From IMG/VR virus record IMGVR_UViG_3300021599_002177, positions 1 to 52,651 of that record: a DNA stretch of 52,651 nt. One strand, given 5' to 3'. The position numbers and the translations under genes are program-made. How positions within the stretch are numbered: the stretch's first letter is position 1; each line of letters begins with the position of its first letter. The notes under the pieces were generated by a model that worked only from the letters and a program-made list of their open reading frames with translations, had not been told where the DNA came from and did not search any database. The DNA is from a virus. Lineage: Duplodnaviria > Caudoviricetes. This document shows, one piece after another, positions 19,257 through 28,904 of the stretch.

Positions 19257-19492
19257 ATTTTTTGCTCAATCCAAAGTTTAAAGTTAGGGTCATATGGGTT
19301 ATTTTGATTAGATCCAACATATATCTGACCTGTTTCCATATCTAATAAAACATATTTTTCTGGTGCTTTTGTGATAACAGAAAGTTGGATAGGTGTAGCT
19401 AACTCTTCTACATCTTTATTTGGCCACTTAAAACTTACTTGATTGGCTGTTAACTTTCTATTTTTCTTCTTCATTGTTAACATCCCTATCAT
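19253..19492 (-). CDS. Hypothetical phage protein
   Basis: TKAPEKY.L.DMETGQ.Y.G. Confidence 0.6.
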   Translation of the reverse strand: MIGMLTMKKKNRKLTANQVSFKWPNKDVEELATPIQLSVITKAPEKYVLLDMETGQIYVGSNQNNPYDPNFKLWIEQKI

Positions 19493-19871
19493 AAGTAACT
19501 AACCGCTCTATACCTGCTGATGATATAAGTTTTGAACAGCCTGGGCAAGGTGTGCCAGTTACATAAAGTGTTGAGCCTTGTAGCTCTTCCCACGATGCAC
19601 GAATAATTGCATTTGCTTCAGAGTGTGTTGACCAACAAAGATCGTAGTCTCCCTTTGAATGTTCTGAGTCTGGATCTAAAGCACGAGGACACTGACCTGT
19701 TGTTCCACAAGAACGCTCATCACCTGCTGGAGTTCCGTTGTATCCAGTTGAAATAATCTTATGATTTTTAACAATAACTGTTCCATGTTGCGCTCGCACA
19801 CAGTCTCCACGCAAGGAAACTGCAAGAGCGATGTTCATATAATAAACATCCCAGTCTGGTCTTTGAATCAT
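19458..19871 (-). CDS. dCMP deaminase
   Basis: RPDWD.YYM, TGYNGTP, HSEANA, PCPGC. Confidence 0.9.
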   Translation of the reverse strand: MIQRPDWDVYYMNIALAVSLRGDCVRAQHGTVIVKNHKIISTGYNGTPAGDERSCGTTGQCPRALDPDSEHSKGDYDLCWSTHSEANAIIRASWEELQGSTLYVTGTPCPGCSKLISSAGIERLVTYDRDVNNEEEK

Positions 19872-19932
19872 TGTGTCAGCCTATCAATAAAATGGAGAGC
19901 AGTTTTAAGACATGCTCAGGTCTATGAATTTA

Positions 19933-20250
19933 TTAACGTGACTTCTTTTTAGCCACTGCTTTCTTCTTTGCCTTCTTGACAGGGGCACTTTTCTTCTTAA
20001 CTGTAGAAGCTTTCTTTTTAGCCACTGCTTTCTTGACTGGTTTCTTTTTAGCAACTGCCTTTTTCTTAGGAGCCTTACGTTCTAAAGGTGTTCCTTCAAA
20101 AATCTTTCCATCACCATCACGATCTACAGTCTTGTAGATGCGATCAGTAAGTGCAGCAATTTCTTTATTTTGTTTATCTTCTCGTAGAGCCCAGTAGCCA
20201 ATTGCTACTGCCATTGCTCCTACAACGAGTATTACTAATTGGATGTCCAT
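19933..20250 (-). CDS. TM-anchored protein with histone H1-like Lys/Ala-rich tail
   Basis: N-terminal TM, DRDGDG loop, repeated KKAVAKKK. Confidence 0.7.
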   Translation of the reverse strand: MDIQLVILVVGAMAVAIGYWALREDKQNKEIAALTDRIYKTVDRDGDGKIFEGTPLERKAPKKKAVAKKKPVKKAVAKKKASTVKKKSAPVKKAKKKAVAKKKSR

Positions 20251-20274
20251 ATATGTCCTTTTCTCGAGAATGAA

Positions 20275-20919
20275 CTACAACAAAGGAATCCAGTGTTGCT
20301 CCCACGCAGTATACATGTGTGAGCCTGGAAAAACATCATAGGCTATGGTGATTCGTGGTCCTTCCCACTCCCAATCAGCCATAGCGTGAGGGTGACCTGT
20401 TTCGGAGAGAATGGCTCTATTATTCTTATTGACATTATCTACATAGTTTTCGCCAACTTTATAATGAGTTATAGATGGCTCTGCACTTACGCAATAGTAG
20501 CCATGAAATGTTGGGGCACCATTTTCAGCGTGATCGTGCCAGTTTAATTTTCCCTTATGAGAGTAGTTGATGTTGAACCAAGCTTGAGCGTGGTAGTACT
20601 GCTCTTCAAAATTAATTCCATAATATTCACAAGCTTCAACAGTCATGCTTTTAACAGCACGAAGAAGATTAAACATCTCTGGTAAATAAAACTGAAACGC
20701 ATTAAATCGATACCACTCACTTGTAGTGATGCTATTGGTGTCTGGAAAAGCGTTGTAGTTTAGTTGAGGTCCTAATGGGATTTCACCATTTTGGATACGC
20801 TTAAACTGTTCTTGTAGATATGTAGACATAAGATCTAGATCATTATCTAAATGACGTTCAAAGAACTTATGAGGTTGTGGAGACCTGCTTTTTGATACTA
20901 GATGAGTAGTGTTGTCCAT
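20275..20919 (-). CDS. 2OG-Fe(II) oxygenase-like protein
   Basis: W.NIN, WHDH, HGYY, H, RITIAYD; TAGTAT-N6-ATG. Confidence 0.75.
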   Translation of the reverse strand: MDNTTHLVSKSRSPQPHKFFERHLDNDLDLMSTYLQEQFKRIQNGEIPLGPQLNYNAFPDTNSITTSEWYRFNAFQFYLPEMFNLLRAVKSMTVEACEYYGINFEEQYYHAQAWFNINYSHKGKLNWHDHAENGAPTFHGYYCVSAEPSITHYKVGENYVDNVNKNNRAILSETGHPHAMADWEWEGPRITIAYDVFPGSHMYTAWEQHWIPLL

Positions 20920-20936
20920 GCAGGAATACTACTGTA

Positions 20937-21110
20937 TTAGCTTTTCCCTGCCCAACCGCCACCCCTAAAGATGACAGAAGTTTTACCAAAGAATTTTCTA
21001 GCATCGCTTTTACAGTCAGGACATGGTGCAGTTTGAGGTGCTTGACCAAAGGGGAATTGAAGATCGACTAATTTATTACAAACGTCGCATCTATACTCGT
21101 ATGTACTCAA
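20937..21110 (-). CDS. FmdB-family zinc ribbon protein
   Basis: Manual translation from TTG: MSTYEYRCDVC...CPDC...VIFRGGGWAGKS; not in track. Confidence 0.8.
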   Translation of the reverse strand: MSTYEYRCDVCNKLVDLQFPFGQAPQTAPCPDCKSDARKFFGKTSVIFRGGGWAGKS

Positions 21111-21393
21111 ACTTAATACCTCTCTGCTTCAATATTTGATGTCTTTGTTCTTCAGTCATACCTCCCCAGACACCATATATCTCTGGGGTATTAAGAGCGT
21201 GATCTAAGCATTGCATCTTAACGGGACAAGTATTGCATATAGAGACGGCTTCTTTTTCTTTTTTAAGTTTCTCTTTCCCTCTTAGGTTGTGCTCTAAGAA
21301 AAACTTATTAGTCTCAATATTTCTACATGCTCCTTCATACTGCCACTCCCAGAGGGAGTGGACAGGTTTTAGGAATGTACTGACTGTTGGCAC
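21091..21393 (-). CDS. whiB: WhiB-family transcription factor
   Basis: WQ..GAC...C..CPV..QCL..AL....YGVWGG.TEEQR. Confidence 0.93.
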   Translation of the reverse strand: MPTVSTFLKPVHSLWEWQYEGACRNIETNKFFLEHNLRGKEKLKKEKEAVSICNTCPVKMQCLDHALNTPEIYGVWGGMTEEQRHQILKQRGIKFEYIRV

Positions 21394-21402
21394 TTTACTC
21401 CC

Positions 21403-23445
21403 TTATGAATTTGATGTAATAAGTTTAATCTCGCAAGCATCTGTAGTGCAGTAAGCCTCGCCGATAGCATCTGCAGCAAGACCAGCATACACGCCAGAGA
21501 AGTCAATTGGGAACAACTTCATTGTATATTCCTCATACTCTTCTTTTGTAATCTGTGTGTATGGCATTTGAGGATATGTAAAGTTTCCAGATGGAAGGAA
21601 TGAGACAGTCTTTAGCTGGCCATCATGCATATGCAAAACAGTTCCAACATGCTGACCTTCCTTCTCTGGATCAAATGAAATAGTTACAGATACAGAGTTA
21701 TCAGACCAGTAGCGCTGTGCAGTTACTGCAAGTGCCATCTTCTCAAAGATAGTTACATCTTTCTCTGCACGCTCTGCCATTGACTCGATTGGGAAAAAGA
21801 CAACAGAAGTTGTGTCTGGAGATTCTGATGCTGGCTCAATTCTGTAATTAGCAAGCTTGAAGAGTGGAAGCATTGGATCTGAGTTAGCAAAGCGAATAGC
21901 ACGATTGAAGTACTTTCCACCTGGAGTCCAGTGAACTCCTGGAGATTCACCTGCAAGAATTGAAACGGTTCCTGATGGCTTAACGGTTGTGGTTTTGATT
22001 GACTCACGAATGCCTAGCCACTCTGAATAAGTTGTGTCGTAACCCTTTACAACTCCATAGCCTTGATTCATCCACTCTTTAAGAACTGGAAGTCCAATGC
22101 GATCTGCGAAGTTTGCAACACCAGAAACTGAGGTTCCAATTCGACGATTGCGTTGCATGATTGCGTTGGTCTCTTCCCAGTGGGTGGGAAGAAGTGTGAC
22201 AGTCTTTGCATAGAGATAAGCAAACTTAAGTGTGCGCTTGAAATCTTCCATATCATCATGACGATTTAGATATGTTTCAACAAGAGTACACATTTCATAT
22301 GACTCGAGTGATTGTTCAGCGCAAGGGTTGTAACCCATGATGCGATGGTCTTTGTTATTAGGTGGATCGATAAGGCGACCATACTTGCGTGATAGGTCAA
22401 GCCAAACAACGCCTGGTTCACCATTGAGTGCAATACCACTAACAATTCCTGATAGGTCTTGTCCAACTTCTGCTGCAACAGAGTTGTTAGACATCCAACC
22501 CCAACCTGGTGCATCTGGATCGTAAGAGTTGCGCTCTGGGAATACTTCTGCGTTCTTTAGATTAAGGAATGTTTCATCGCCTAATCTTCCGATAAGGAGT
22601 TCAGCAGAGCGACGAACATTGCCAGAAACAACGCAAACGCCAATGAGATTACCAATATCGGCGATATCAGTACGAGTGACTTTTTCATTTTCACGTCCAT
22701 TAAATAACTTTCTAATGTAGTTGTGTAATTTGATAAGTGGATCTGGACCTGCAGCAGTTCCACCAAAAATTTTAATTGGTGCACCAGCTGGACGAACAAG
22801 TGAGTAATCAAATTCAAATGTTGGTTGATCTGGCTTCAAGTATGCATTGATAAGTTGTGCAGTTGTGTTGACCCAACCTTCACGAGAATCTTCAACAACA
22901 ACAGTTACAACTTCATCCTTTGGCTTATAGATTGTGAAATCTTTATCTGCACCAAGGTCATCAAATCCAACGCCAACACCAAGCATTGATGCTTCCATTA
23001 AGAAAGCAAATGGTTTTGCTGGATCGTTCTTTGTCATCTCTCGTGTTGAAACGAAAGCGCAGTTTTGTAATGCTGCAGAGTTTTTCTGCTCGTTAACTAG
23101 TGGTGTTCCCATAACCCAAAGTCCACGTCCTGGCGGAGTCCACTTCAAATTAAATAAACGGTCAAATGCTTCTTTTGCAGAAGCTGCTGCACGAGTATCA
23201 GACCAAGGTAAACGATTAGTTTTGCAGTGATCTTTTTGAATTGAATACATGCCATTGATTACTCGCTCGCATACTTCAACCCAAGTCTCTTTAGTTCCAT
23301 CCTCTTTTTTACGAGAGTATGTACGAAGAAAAGTAATTTCTCCTACAGAGTTTCCACCTGCATCTCTATAACCAAAAGGAGCTTTCTTATCCTTGTAGGT
23401 TGCTAAGAAGTCTTCAGACAACTTAAAAGAAAAAGTAAAAGACAT
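21403..23445 (-). CDS. nrdJ: Class II (adenosylcobalamin) ribonucleotide reductase
   Basis: PPGRGLW, NCAF, GNVRRSA, NPCAEQ, TTVKPSGTVS, C-terminal CTTDAC; no intein apparent. Confidence 0.95.
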   Translation of the reverse strand: MSFTFSFKLSEDFLATYKDKKAPFGYRDAGGNSVGEITFLRTYSRKKEDGTKETWVEVCERVINGMYSIQKDHCKTNRLPWSDTRAAASAKEAFDRLFNLKWTPPGRGLWVMGTPLVNEQKNSAALQNCAFVSTREMTKNDPAKPFAFLMEASMLGVGVGFDDLGADKDFTIYKPKDEVVTVVVEDSREGWVNTTAQLINAYLKPDQPTFEFDYSLVRPAGAPIKIFGGTAAGPDPLIKLHNYIRKLFNGRENEKVTRTDIADIGNLIGVCVVSGNVRRSAELLIGRLGDETFLNLKNAEVFPERNSYDPDAPGWGWMSNNSVAAEVGQDLSGIVSGIALNGEPGVVWLDLSRKYGRLIDPPNNKDHRIMGYNPCAEQSLESYEMCTLVETYLNRHDDMEDFKRTLKFAYLYAKTVTLLPTHWEETNAIMQRNRRIGTSVSGVANFADRIGLPVLKEWMNQGYGVVKGYDTTYSEWLGIRESIKTTTVKPSGTVSILAGESPGVHWTPGGKYFNRAIRFANSDPMLPLFKLANYRIEPASESPDTTSVVFFPIESMAERAEKDVTIFEKMALAVTAQRYWSDNSVSVTISFDPEKEGQHVGTVLHMHDGQLKTVSFLPSGNFTYPQMPYTQITKEEYEEYTMKLFPIDFSGVYAGLAADAIGEAYCTTDACEIKLITSNS

Positions 23446-23529
23446 TGCTGTGCTCCATTCAGTAAAAAGGGTTACAAATAAAGGTATATCGCGTTCTTGG
23501 ATTACCCTAGGGTATTAAGTCTATCTTGT

Positions 23530-23754
23530 CTAGAAAAGCTCTTCTTGTAAAGTTCTGTCCACCGTATGAGATGGGACATCAAAAGTAAGCGCTTGTGCAC
23601 ACTGAAGCCCTGCAATAAACTCGTCAGGAAGTGCTTTAGATTTGCTTTCTTCAACTACATCTTGTATGAGGTTATAAATTTTCTGACGTATAGTAGATTC
23701 AATTTCTATTTTATGTTGCTCATAGTTATTCCAGTAAACAGCAACTTCAGACAT
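23530..23754 (-). CDS. Hypothetical
   Basis: AGGAG RBS. Confidence 0.6.
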   Translation of the reverse strand: MSEVAVYWNNYEQHKIEIESTIRQKIYNLIQDVVEESKSKALPDEFIAGLQCAQALTFDVPSHTVDRTLQEELF

Positions 23755-23762
23755 TGTCTCTC

Positions 23763-24008
23763 CTAAATTAAATCAGTTGTCGGGTCCAAACCATCTTCGT
23801 CGAATAATACGTCTAGAGTTTCTGAGTGACAAGTGTGAAGCTCAACTAGAAGGTCATCTTTGTCACATTCTCCACACATGATGTGTGAAACTCTGTAGCC
23901 TAAACTTTCTAAGGCTTCAAATGCTTTATCGATATCCTTATCGGACATGTTGACCTGGACAACCTTGTACTGGACATCTAGGGTGTCCATTGTTTCCTTG
24001 ATCTTCAA
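23763..24008 (-). CDS. Hypothetical
   Basis: ORF with CxxC. Confidence 0.5.
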   Translation of the reverse strand: MKIKETMDTLDVQYKVVQVNMSDKDIDKAFEALESLGYRVSHIMCGECDKDDLLVELHTCHSETLDVLFDEDGLDPTTDLI

Positions 24009-24061
24009 CTCTTGGTTGACCGCAATATTTGCACTTGTCTTGCTTGTCTAATGGAAGCGGG

Positions 24062-24265
24062 TCAGACATTAATGGAATCCTCTCCAGTTATAAGCATCCC
24101 TGAAGGGAAGCTTGCTGCCCACCCTGCTAGGCACTCGGTTGAGTGAAAGTAGCGAATCTTATCAATTGCTCTTGGCCAATGAAGGGTAAGAGCTTTTGCT
24201 GGGTCGACAGTTTTATGTGTAGGGCAATTCTCCCACGAACAACTGACTTCTACTTGTGTCGACAT
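24062..24265 (-). CDS. Small zinc-binding hypothetical
   Basis: Start moved to MSTQ (TATTAT-N6-ATG); C..C, H...CL..W. Confidence 0.6.
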   Translation of the reverse strand: MSTQVEVSCSWENCPTHKTVDPAKALTLHWPRAIDKIRYFHSTECLAGWAASFPSGMLITGEDSINV

Positions 24266-24301
24266 AATCCAATAATAGTCCGATAATGTAATATGCGCCT
24301 T

Positions 24302-24961
24302 ATGACGACACCCCACTATGACGTAGCAATTGCAACGCCCGGACATAGCATGAAGGCTGAATATGTTAAAAGTTTAGTACTTACCTGCAATGCTTTAGAC
24401 AAGTTGGGTAAGTCTTATATCTTTCTAAACAAGTACTCATCCTTTGTGCCAAGTGCTCGAGAACTTACTGCAACGGACACTTACAGTCATAACTGGGAAA
24501 CTCGGGTTATTGGTTCCGGGGCCTTCAGCTGCAGAAAAATCTTCTGGATCGATTCAGACATTGAATGGGAAGTTGATGACTTCATCAAGCTGCTGGACTC
24601 ACCCCTAGATATTATTTCCGGGCTTTACCAGACGCATCCTGATGGAACTGTGGCTGTGAACAAGTTAGATGAAAAGGGTCGCCCTAAGAAGGTCAATAGG
24701 AGCGAGTTCATGTTAGATGTTGAACCCCTAGAGGTAGGGGGAGTTGGGTTTGGTTTTGTGGCGATGAAAGCCGAGGTTTTTGAAAACACCCCTAGGCCGT
24801 GGTTTTTGATAGATAGGGTCAAATGGGACGAAGTGGACTTTGAGTGCAATGTGGGGGAGGATTACTCTTTCTGCAATAATGTCAGGAAAGCTGGGTACAA
24901 GGTTATGGTTGACCCTATGGTCAGGGTCAAGCACCATAAGGAAACTATCTATCTACCATAA
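24302..24961 (+). CDS. GT-A fold glycosyltransferase
   Basis: FWIDSDI (DxD), GFGFV, GEDYSFC, V.H.K. Confidence 0.85.
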   Translation: MTTPHYDVAIATPGHSMKAEYVKSLVLTCNALDKLGKSYIFLNKYSSFVPSARELTATDTYSHNWETRVIGSGAFSCRKIFWIDSDIEWEVDDFIKLLDSPLDIISGLYQTHPDGTVAVNKLDEKGRPKKVNRSEFMLDVEPLEVGGVGFGFVAMKAEVFENTPRPWFLIDRVKWDEVDFECNVGEDYSFCNNVRKAGYKVMVDPMVRVKHHKETIYLP

Positions 24962-25320
24962 ATTATAAATTATATGACTATAGCCGACTATAGTTGACTT
25001 TTTTCATTTTTGGGTGTAAAAATGGGCAATTAATAAAAACGGAAAAAAGAGGGGAAAAAAGCTGTTAAAAACATGCGGTCAGAAAAAATTAAATATTTTG
25101 AAAGGTTTATTGCTACCGCATGATTATAAAATTATATACTATATATTGTATACTTGATTATGGTTTTACATCGCGTGTATGCGTGCTCTACGGACCTATC
25201 AAAATTCATAATCGTGTATACTCTATATAATTTCTGTATAGTGTATAGTGATATAATCTTGACAGATATTATCGCTTGACTATAAACTATATCTGCTATA
25301 GATTTATTGTAACGAAGGAG
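24962..25320. other. AT-rich non-coding region near the main strand switch
   Basis: No ORF; recurrent CTATA/TATAG; inverted CATGCGGT (25072)/ACCGCATG (25115). Confidence 0.5.
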
Positions 25321-25325
25321 AGACG

Positions 25326-25508
25326 ATGGACGAAGTTGAAAAAAGACTTTGGCTCTTAGAAAAAGAGATCAAAGCTTTTGGAAAGAAGATTGATCTTTTA
25401 TCGAAGTTAGTTACTTCTTTGAAAGCAGATGTTGAAGTCTTACTAAGTGTTCAAAAGACATGGAAGGAGTTGGTTGCTGATGTGGTGGAAGATAGATCAG
25501 GGAAGTGA
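25326..25508 (+). CDS. Small coiled-coil protein
   Basis: GAAGGAG RBS. Confidence 0.65.
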   Translation: MDEVEKRLWLLEKEIKAFGKKIDLLSKLVTSLKADVEVLLSVQKTWKELVADVVEDRSGK

Positions 25509-25749
25509 TATAAAAAATCATCTTAAACTGGTTAGCCATTTAACTGATGATGAATTGGCTGATGCCATGGAATTTGAAGTTATTCAATCAGCAGCAGTTG
25601 GTTTATTGAAACGGTGGTTCCCTAAAAAAGTTCCAACGGATATAGAAAAGTGGGCTGAGATTGCTTACGAAGATGTTGTGGCAGTTCTCAAAGAACTTAA
25701 CGAAGATGGGTATGTAATAATCAAAAACGACGAAAGGACAGACAAATGA
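25447..25749 (+). CDS. Hypothetical (start probably at MWWK)
   Basis: AAGGAG upstream of internal ATG. Confidence 0.55.
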   Translation: MFKRHGRSWLLMWWKIDQGSDIKNHLKLVSHLTDDELADAMEFEVIQSAAVGLLKRWFPKKVPTDIEKWAEIAYEDVVAVLKELNEDGYVIIKNDERTDK

Positions 25750-25979
25750 CAATGAGCTTGACTATTTTAGATCTGGCTTTGATAGGAGCAACGACTGGAT
25801 TAACCACTCTTGCTTCGATGTATTTCACAATGCTCCTGATGAAGCGTAATGCGACAAGGCGCAAGATGATTGTTATGGAAGAGATGTTTAGCCAGATGCA
25901 TGACAAGGCTCAGACTGAGGCAGAGTTCTCAGAGATTGTTGAAAGACTAAAAGAGCAGAGAGGTGGCTTTAATGAGTAA
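25746..25979 (+). CDS. Small membrane protein
   Basis: N-terminal hydrophobic helix; GAAAGGA RBS. Confidence 0.65.
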   Translation: MTMSLTILDLALIGATTGLTTLASMYFTMLLMKRNATRRKMIVMEEMFSQMHDKAQTEAEFSEIVERLKEQRGGFNE

Positions 25980-26502
25980 TCCAGCTTTAGATGCTTTGGC
26001 TGCTATGGGTCTTGATCCCCAAGAGATTGACACCCATGATAAGTCAGTAGTTAATCGACTTGGAGTTGATCGACGAATCTGTATCTGTGGACATGCAATG
26101 GATAGGCACAAGGTCAAGTCCACTATTGGTACAGACAATGTGATACCTATCTTGAAAAACAACGATACAACAGTCCCATTCTCTTGTACCCCGAATGCAC
26201 AGAGTTGTAGTTGTCGAAGATTGATCCCTGTCCTTGAGGTCTCAAACACCAAGTACTTTCTAAAGAAAACAACTGGTTCAGGTGAGCTCCATGCTTTGAC
26301 CAGAGGTATTAGGGCTTTATCTAAAATCAAAGACCATACAATGAATTGGCTAGTAGAACCCACTTGTCTTCTCTGTGGATGCACAGGTGTCCATGAAAGA
26401 ATCGTCCCTGCTGTTTTCAATTCAGATAAGACCCTAAAGCAGACAGAAGGGTCAATTGGCTACGATGACTTTATCTGTCAGAAATGTAGAGTTGCCTCAT
26501 GA
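25972..26502 (+). CDS. Cys-rich zinc-binding protein
   Basis: CICGH...H, C...CSC, CxxC...CxxC. Confidence 0.7.
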   Translation: MSNPALDALAAMGLDPQEIDTHDKSVVNRLGVDRRICICGHAMDRHKVKSTIGTDNVIPILKNNDTTVPFSCTPNAQSCSCRRLIPVLEVSNTKYFLKKTTGSGELHALTRGIRALSKIKDHTMNWLVEPTCLLCGCTGVHERIVPAVFNSDKTLKQTEGSIGYDDFICQKCRVAS

Positions 26503-26831
26503 GTGAATTAGACAAAACCTTCCAAGAAACTATCTTTAATACTTTGGCTACCTTGCTTGCCCAAAACAAGTTCGATACCGACACTCAACTCGATATCTAC
26601 TTGGCTATGAAAAAAGCAGCAATGGATTTGCAGGAAAGTCAAATTCAAAAAATTAAAGACAAGATCGACACTTGGGAGTCTATGTATGGTCAAGCAGACA
26701 CAAGTCTTTACACCTTAGGACTACGCCATGCTCTAGATATAATAAAAGGTGAGATCGCAACTAACAACAACGGTTTCAATGACAAGCCATACGAGGATGG
26801 TCAAGAGTTTAAGTTAGATGAGATTATGTAA
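26499..26831 (+). CDS. Hypothetical
   Basis: ATGA overlap; LY.LGLR.A.D motif. Confidence 0.65.
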   Translation: MSELDKTFQETIFNTLATLLAQNKFDTDTQLDIYLAMKKAAMDLQESQIQKIKDKIDTWESMYGQADTSLYTLGLRHALDIIKGEIATNNNGFNDKPYEDGQEFKLDEIM

Positions 26832-26969
26832 ATGAATTTTAAATTTAAGAAAACAAAAGAGGAGCTAAGGCGACTTTTGGAACTCCGAAGGTCGTCTGCT
26901 TCTCGCCCTGTCGAGTCCAAAAAGAAATACAAGAGAAAACAAAAACACCCTAAGCAAGAAGACTTTTAG
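26832..26969 (+). CDS. 45-aa highly basic peptide
   Basis: MNFKFKKTKEELRRLLELRRSSASRPVESKKKYKRKQKHPKQEDF. Confidence 0.6.
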   Translation: MNFKFKKTKEELRRLLELRRSSASRPVESKKKYKRKQKHPKQEDF

Positions 26970-27205
26970 AGAATCCAGGAAGCACTTTTTTAGACATATT
27001 TTTAACTTTTTCGTACAACTTTTTCTATAATGAAACAGGTCTTTAAAACTAATAAAACACGCTCAAAATCCTATTTTTGTTTATAAAAGCGTCAGACCCT
27101 AACTGTTTCAAACAACTTTTCCAAAAAAACTTTCCAACATCAAACCTGTGCGATTATGTGTATCACGGGATGAAGTTTTTTCCCCCCGTAGAAACGAGTT
27201 CTTGG

Positions 27206-27487
27206 ATGAACAAAGCAATGATCGAGTCGTATGTTCGTAACCTTGCAGGTCAAGTCATTGGCGCAGTAATGATCGTCATGCAGACTTCAGGTATCGCATC
27301 ACCACTCGAGTTCGGTTCAGGTGAATGGCTCCTAGTAGCCAACGCTCTCTGGGCCTCACTAATCCCAACGGCACTCCGCTGGGTTAATAAGAAAGACCCT
27401 GCTTTTGGCAGAATCGCTGAAGGCATCGCAAAAGAGGCAGGGAAAAAACTAGCAGCTGAAGCTGCAAAGAAAAGCAAGACAAAGTAG
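27206..27487 (+). CDS. Holin-like two-TM protein
   Basis: MNKAMIESYVR...two TM...RWVNKKDPAFGR, basic tail; start moved to MNKA. Confidence 0.6.
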   Translation: MNKAMIESYVRNLAGQVIGAVMIVMQTSGIASPLEFGSGEWLLVANALWASLIPTALRWVNKKDPAFGRIAEGIAKEAGKKLAAEAAKKSKTK

Positions 27488-27547
27488 TGAATCAGCCTAG
27501 GGGGATTTTTTCCCCCTAGGTTTTTTCCCCCCATTGAAAGGAACACC

Positions 27548-27778
27548 TTGAACACAGAACACATTGATGTGACTACACATGATTTTCCCCCTGGCGTAGA
27601 TAGCATCGACCAAAAGATCAACTTCATCAGAGACGAGATTCATCGTTTCGAAAACGAAGCGCCACAGGTACACAACCTAACTCTCCAAGCCACAGACAGA
27701 TCTCTCCAACTTGGCCCAGACAAAATTGTGGAAAACCTCAAAATTATTTTAAGGAAGCTAGAAGAACAGCAGCCATAA
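27548..27778 (+). CDS. Hypothetical
   Basis: GAAAGGA RBS before TTG. Confidence 0.55.
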   Translation: MNTEHIDVTTHDFPPGVDSIDQKINFIRDEIHRFENEAPQVHNLTLQATDRSLQLGPDKIVENLKIILRKLEEQQP

Positions 27779-27781
27779 CCA

Positions 27782-28723
27782 ATGTCAAATGATATGTCCC
27801 CCTTCCTCGAAGAGGAGCTGGACGATACCCCGGAAAATATAATTCCTATTATAGAAACTCCATATGACCGTAGACCCAATCTAGAGGAACTCGGCATCAT
27901 AGAAATCGAACGGGGTATTTGCCAAGACACATTTGAGAACCGTGCCATCTTGAGACGGTCAATGTTGAAATGGTCTCCAGTCTTTGACGACCAGACTGGC
28001 GCTGCCACAAATCTTATTATTGCTCGCTCCATCGAACAAGATAAAGAGCGAGCGCTCATCAGCATCAATAACAAACGGCAGCTGTTGTCAGATCCCGGAA
28101 ATGTGAATTCTGATTTCCTGACGGGCCTCGATCTCCTCCTCGATGACGATGCCCAAAAGATTGCACCCCCTTGGGTAATTGGGGCAACCCGCAACTGGCT
28201 CAAGGAACAGGAAGAAGGCGGCCCGAAATCTGTAAAGCGAGCGCCACTTGGATTGCCAGGCAGATGCCGTATGACCAAGACGGATGGAACCAGATGCCAA
28301 CTGTGGAACAGTGGTCGAATCAAAGATGACGGTTTGTGTCGTATCCACTTGGGCTCAACAAGACGGACGGCAAACAACGTTGAGATTGCTCGGCAAAAAA
28401 TAAGTCAGGCTTCCACCTACGCAGTGGATGTCCTTGAGGAACTAATGGAGACCGCCATCTCCGAACCAGTCAAACTAAAAGCGGCTACAGAAATCTTAGA
28501 CCGTGCTGGTGTTCGAGGCGGCATGGAACTGAACATAGATATTAAAAACACAGAGCGCTCACCAGCAGAGATTCTTGCGGAACGGCTGGCCAGACTCGAA
28601 GCTGTCGCCGCGGAACGAACAACTCAACTTACGGCAGACGGCGTGCAGGTAACAGAAGTTTATGCAATCACAGATGTAACACCCAAACCAGAAGACGGAT
28701 CGGATCCAGATGCCAGGAACTAA
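27782..28723 (+). CDS. Putative terminase small subunit
   Basis: RC...DG.RC...C..H.G zinc knuckle (HGGxSTG-like) followed by AVDVLEELM...VKLKAATEILDRAG. Confidence 0.55.
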   Translation: MSNDMSPFLEEELDDTPENIIPIIETPYDRRPNLEELGIIEIERGICQDTFENRAILRRSMLKWSPVFDDQTGAATNLIIARSIEQDKERALISINNKRQLLSDPGNVNSDFLTGLDLLLDDDAQKIAPPWVIGATRNWLKEQEEGGPKSVKRAPLGLPGRCRMTKTDGTRCQLWNSGRIKDDGLCRIHLGSTRRTANNVEIARQKISQASTYAVDVLEELMETAISEPVKLKAATEILDRAGVRGGMELNIDIKNTERSPAEILAERLARLEAVAAERTTQLTADGVQVTEVYAITDVTPKPEDGSDPDARN

Positions 28724-28904
28724 CAACTTAGAAAAGCTTGATGAGCTAGCGGCCCGCCTTCAGGAGGATATTGTTTTAGCAAAATCCCGTGAGGAACACA
28801 TCCGTTTAACGGCTCGGGCTAATGAGGCTCGCCAAATAGTAGACGGTATGAAAACAGAACTTGGGATTCCCCTCTACGATTTTGACGAAGTAACTTTCAA
28901 CTAA
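28710..28904 (+). CDS. Small helical hypothetical
   Basis: Overlaps upstream stop. Confidence 0.55.
   Translation: MPGTNNLEKLDELAARLQEDIVLAKSREEHIRLTARANEARQIVDGMKTELGIPLYDFDEVTFN

Noticed and set aside
20867-21049. Track ORF MVKHLKL...
   Set aside because: Wrong frame; the FmdB-like ORF 20937-21110 explains the region.
21403-23445. Intein or intron in nrdJ
   Set aside because: 680 aa with contiguous motifs; no splicing signatures seen.
27640-28377. 245-aa minus-strand ORF
   Set aside because: Antisense shadow of the terminase-like gene; no motifs or RBS.
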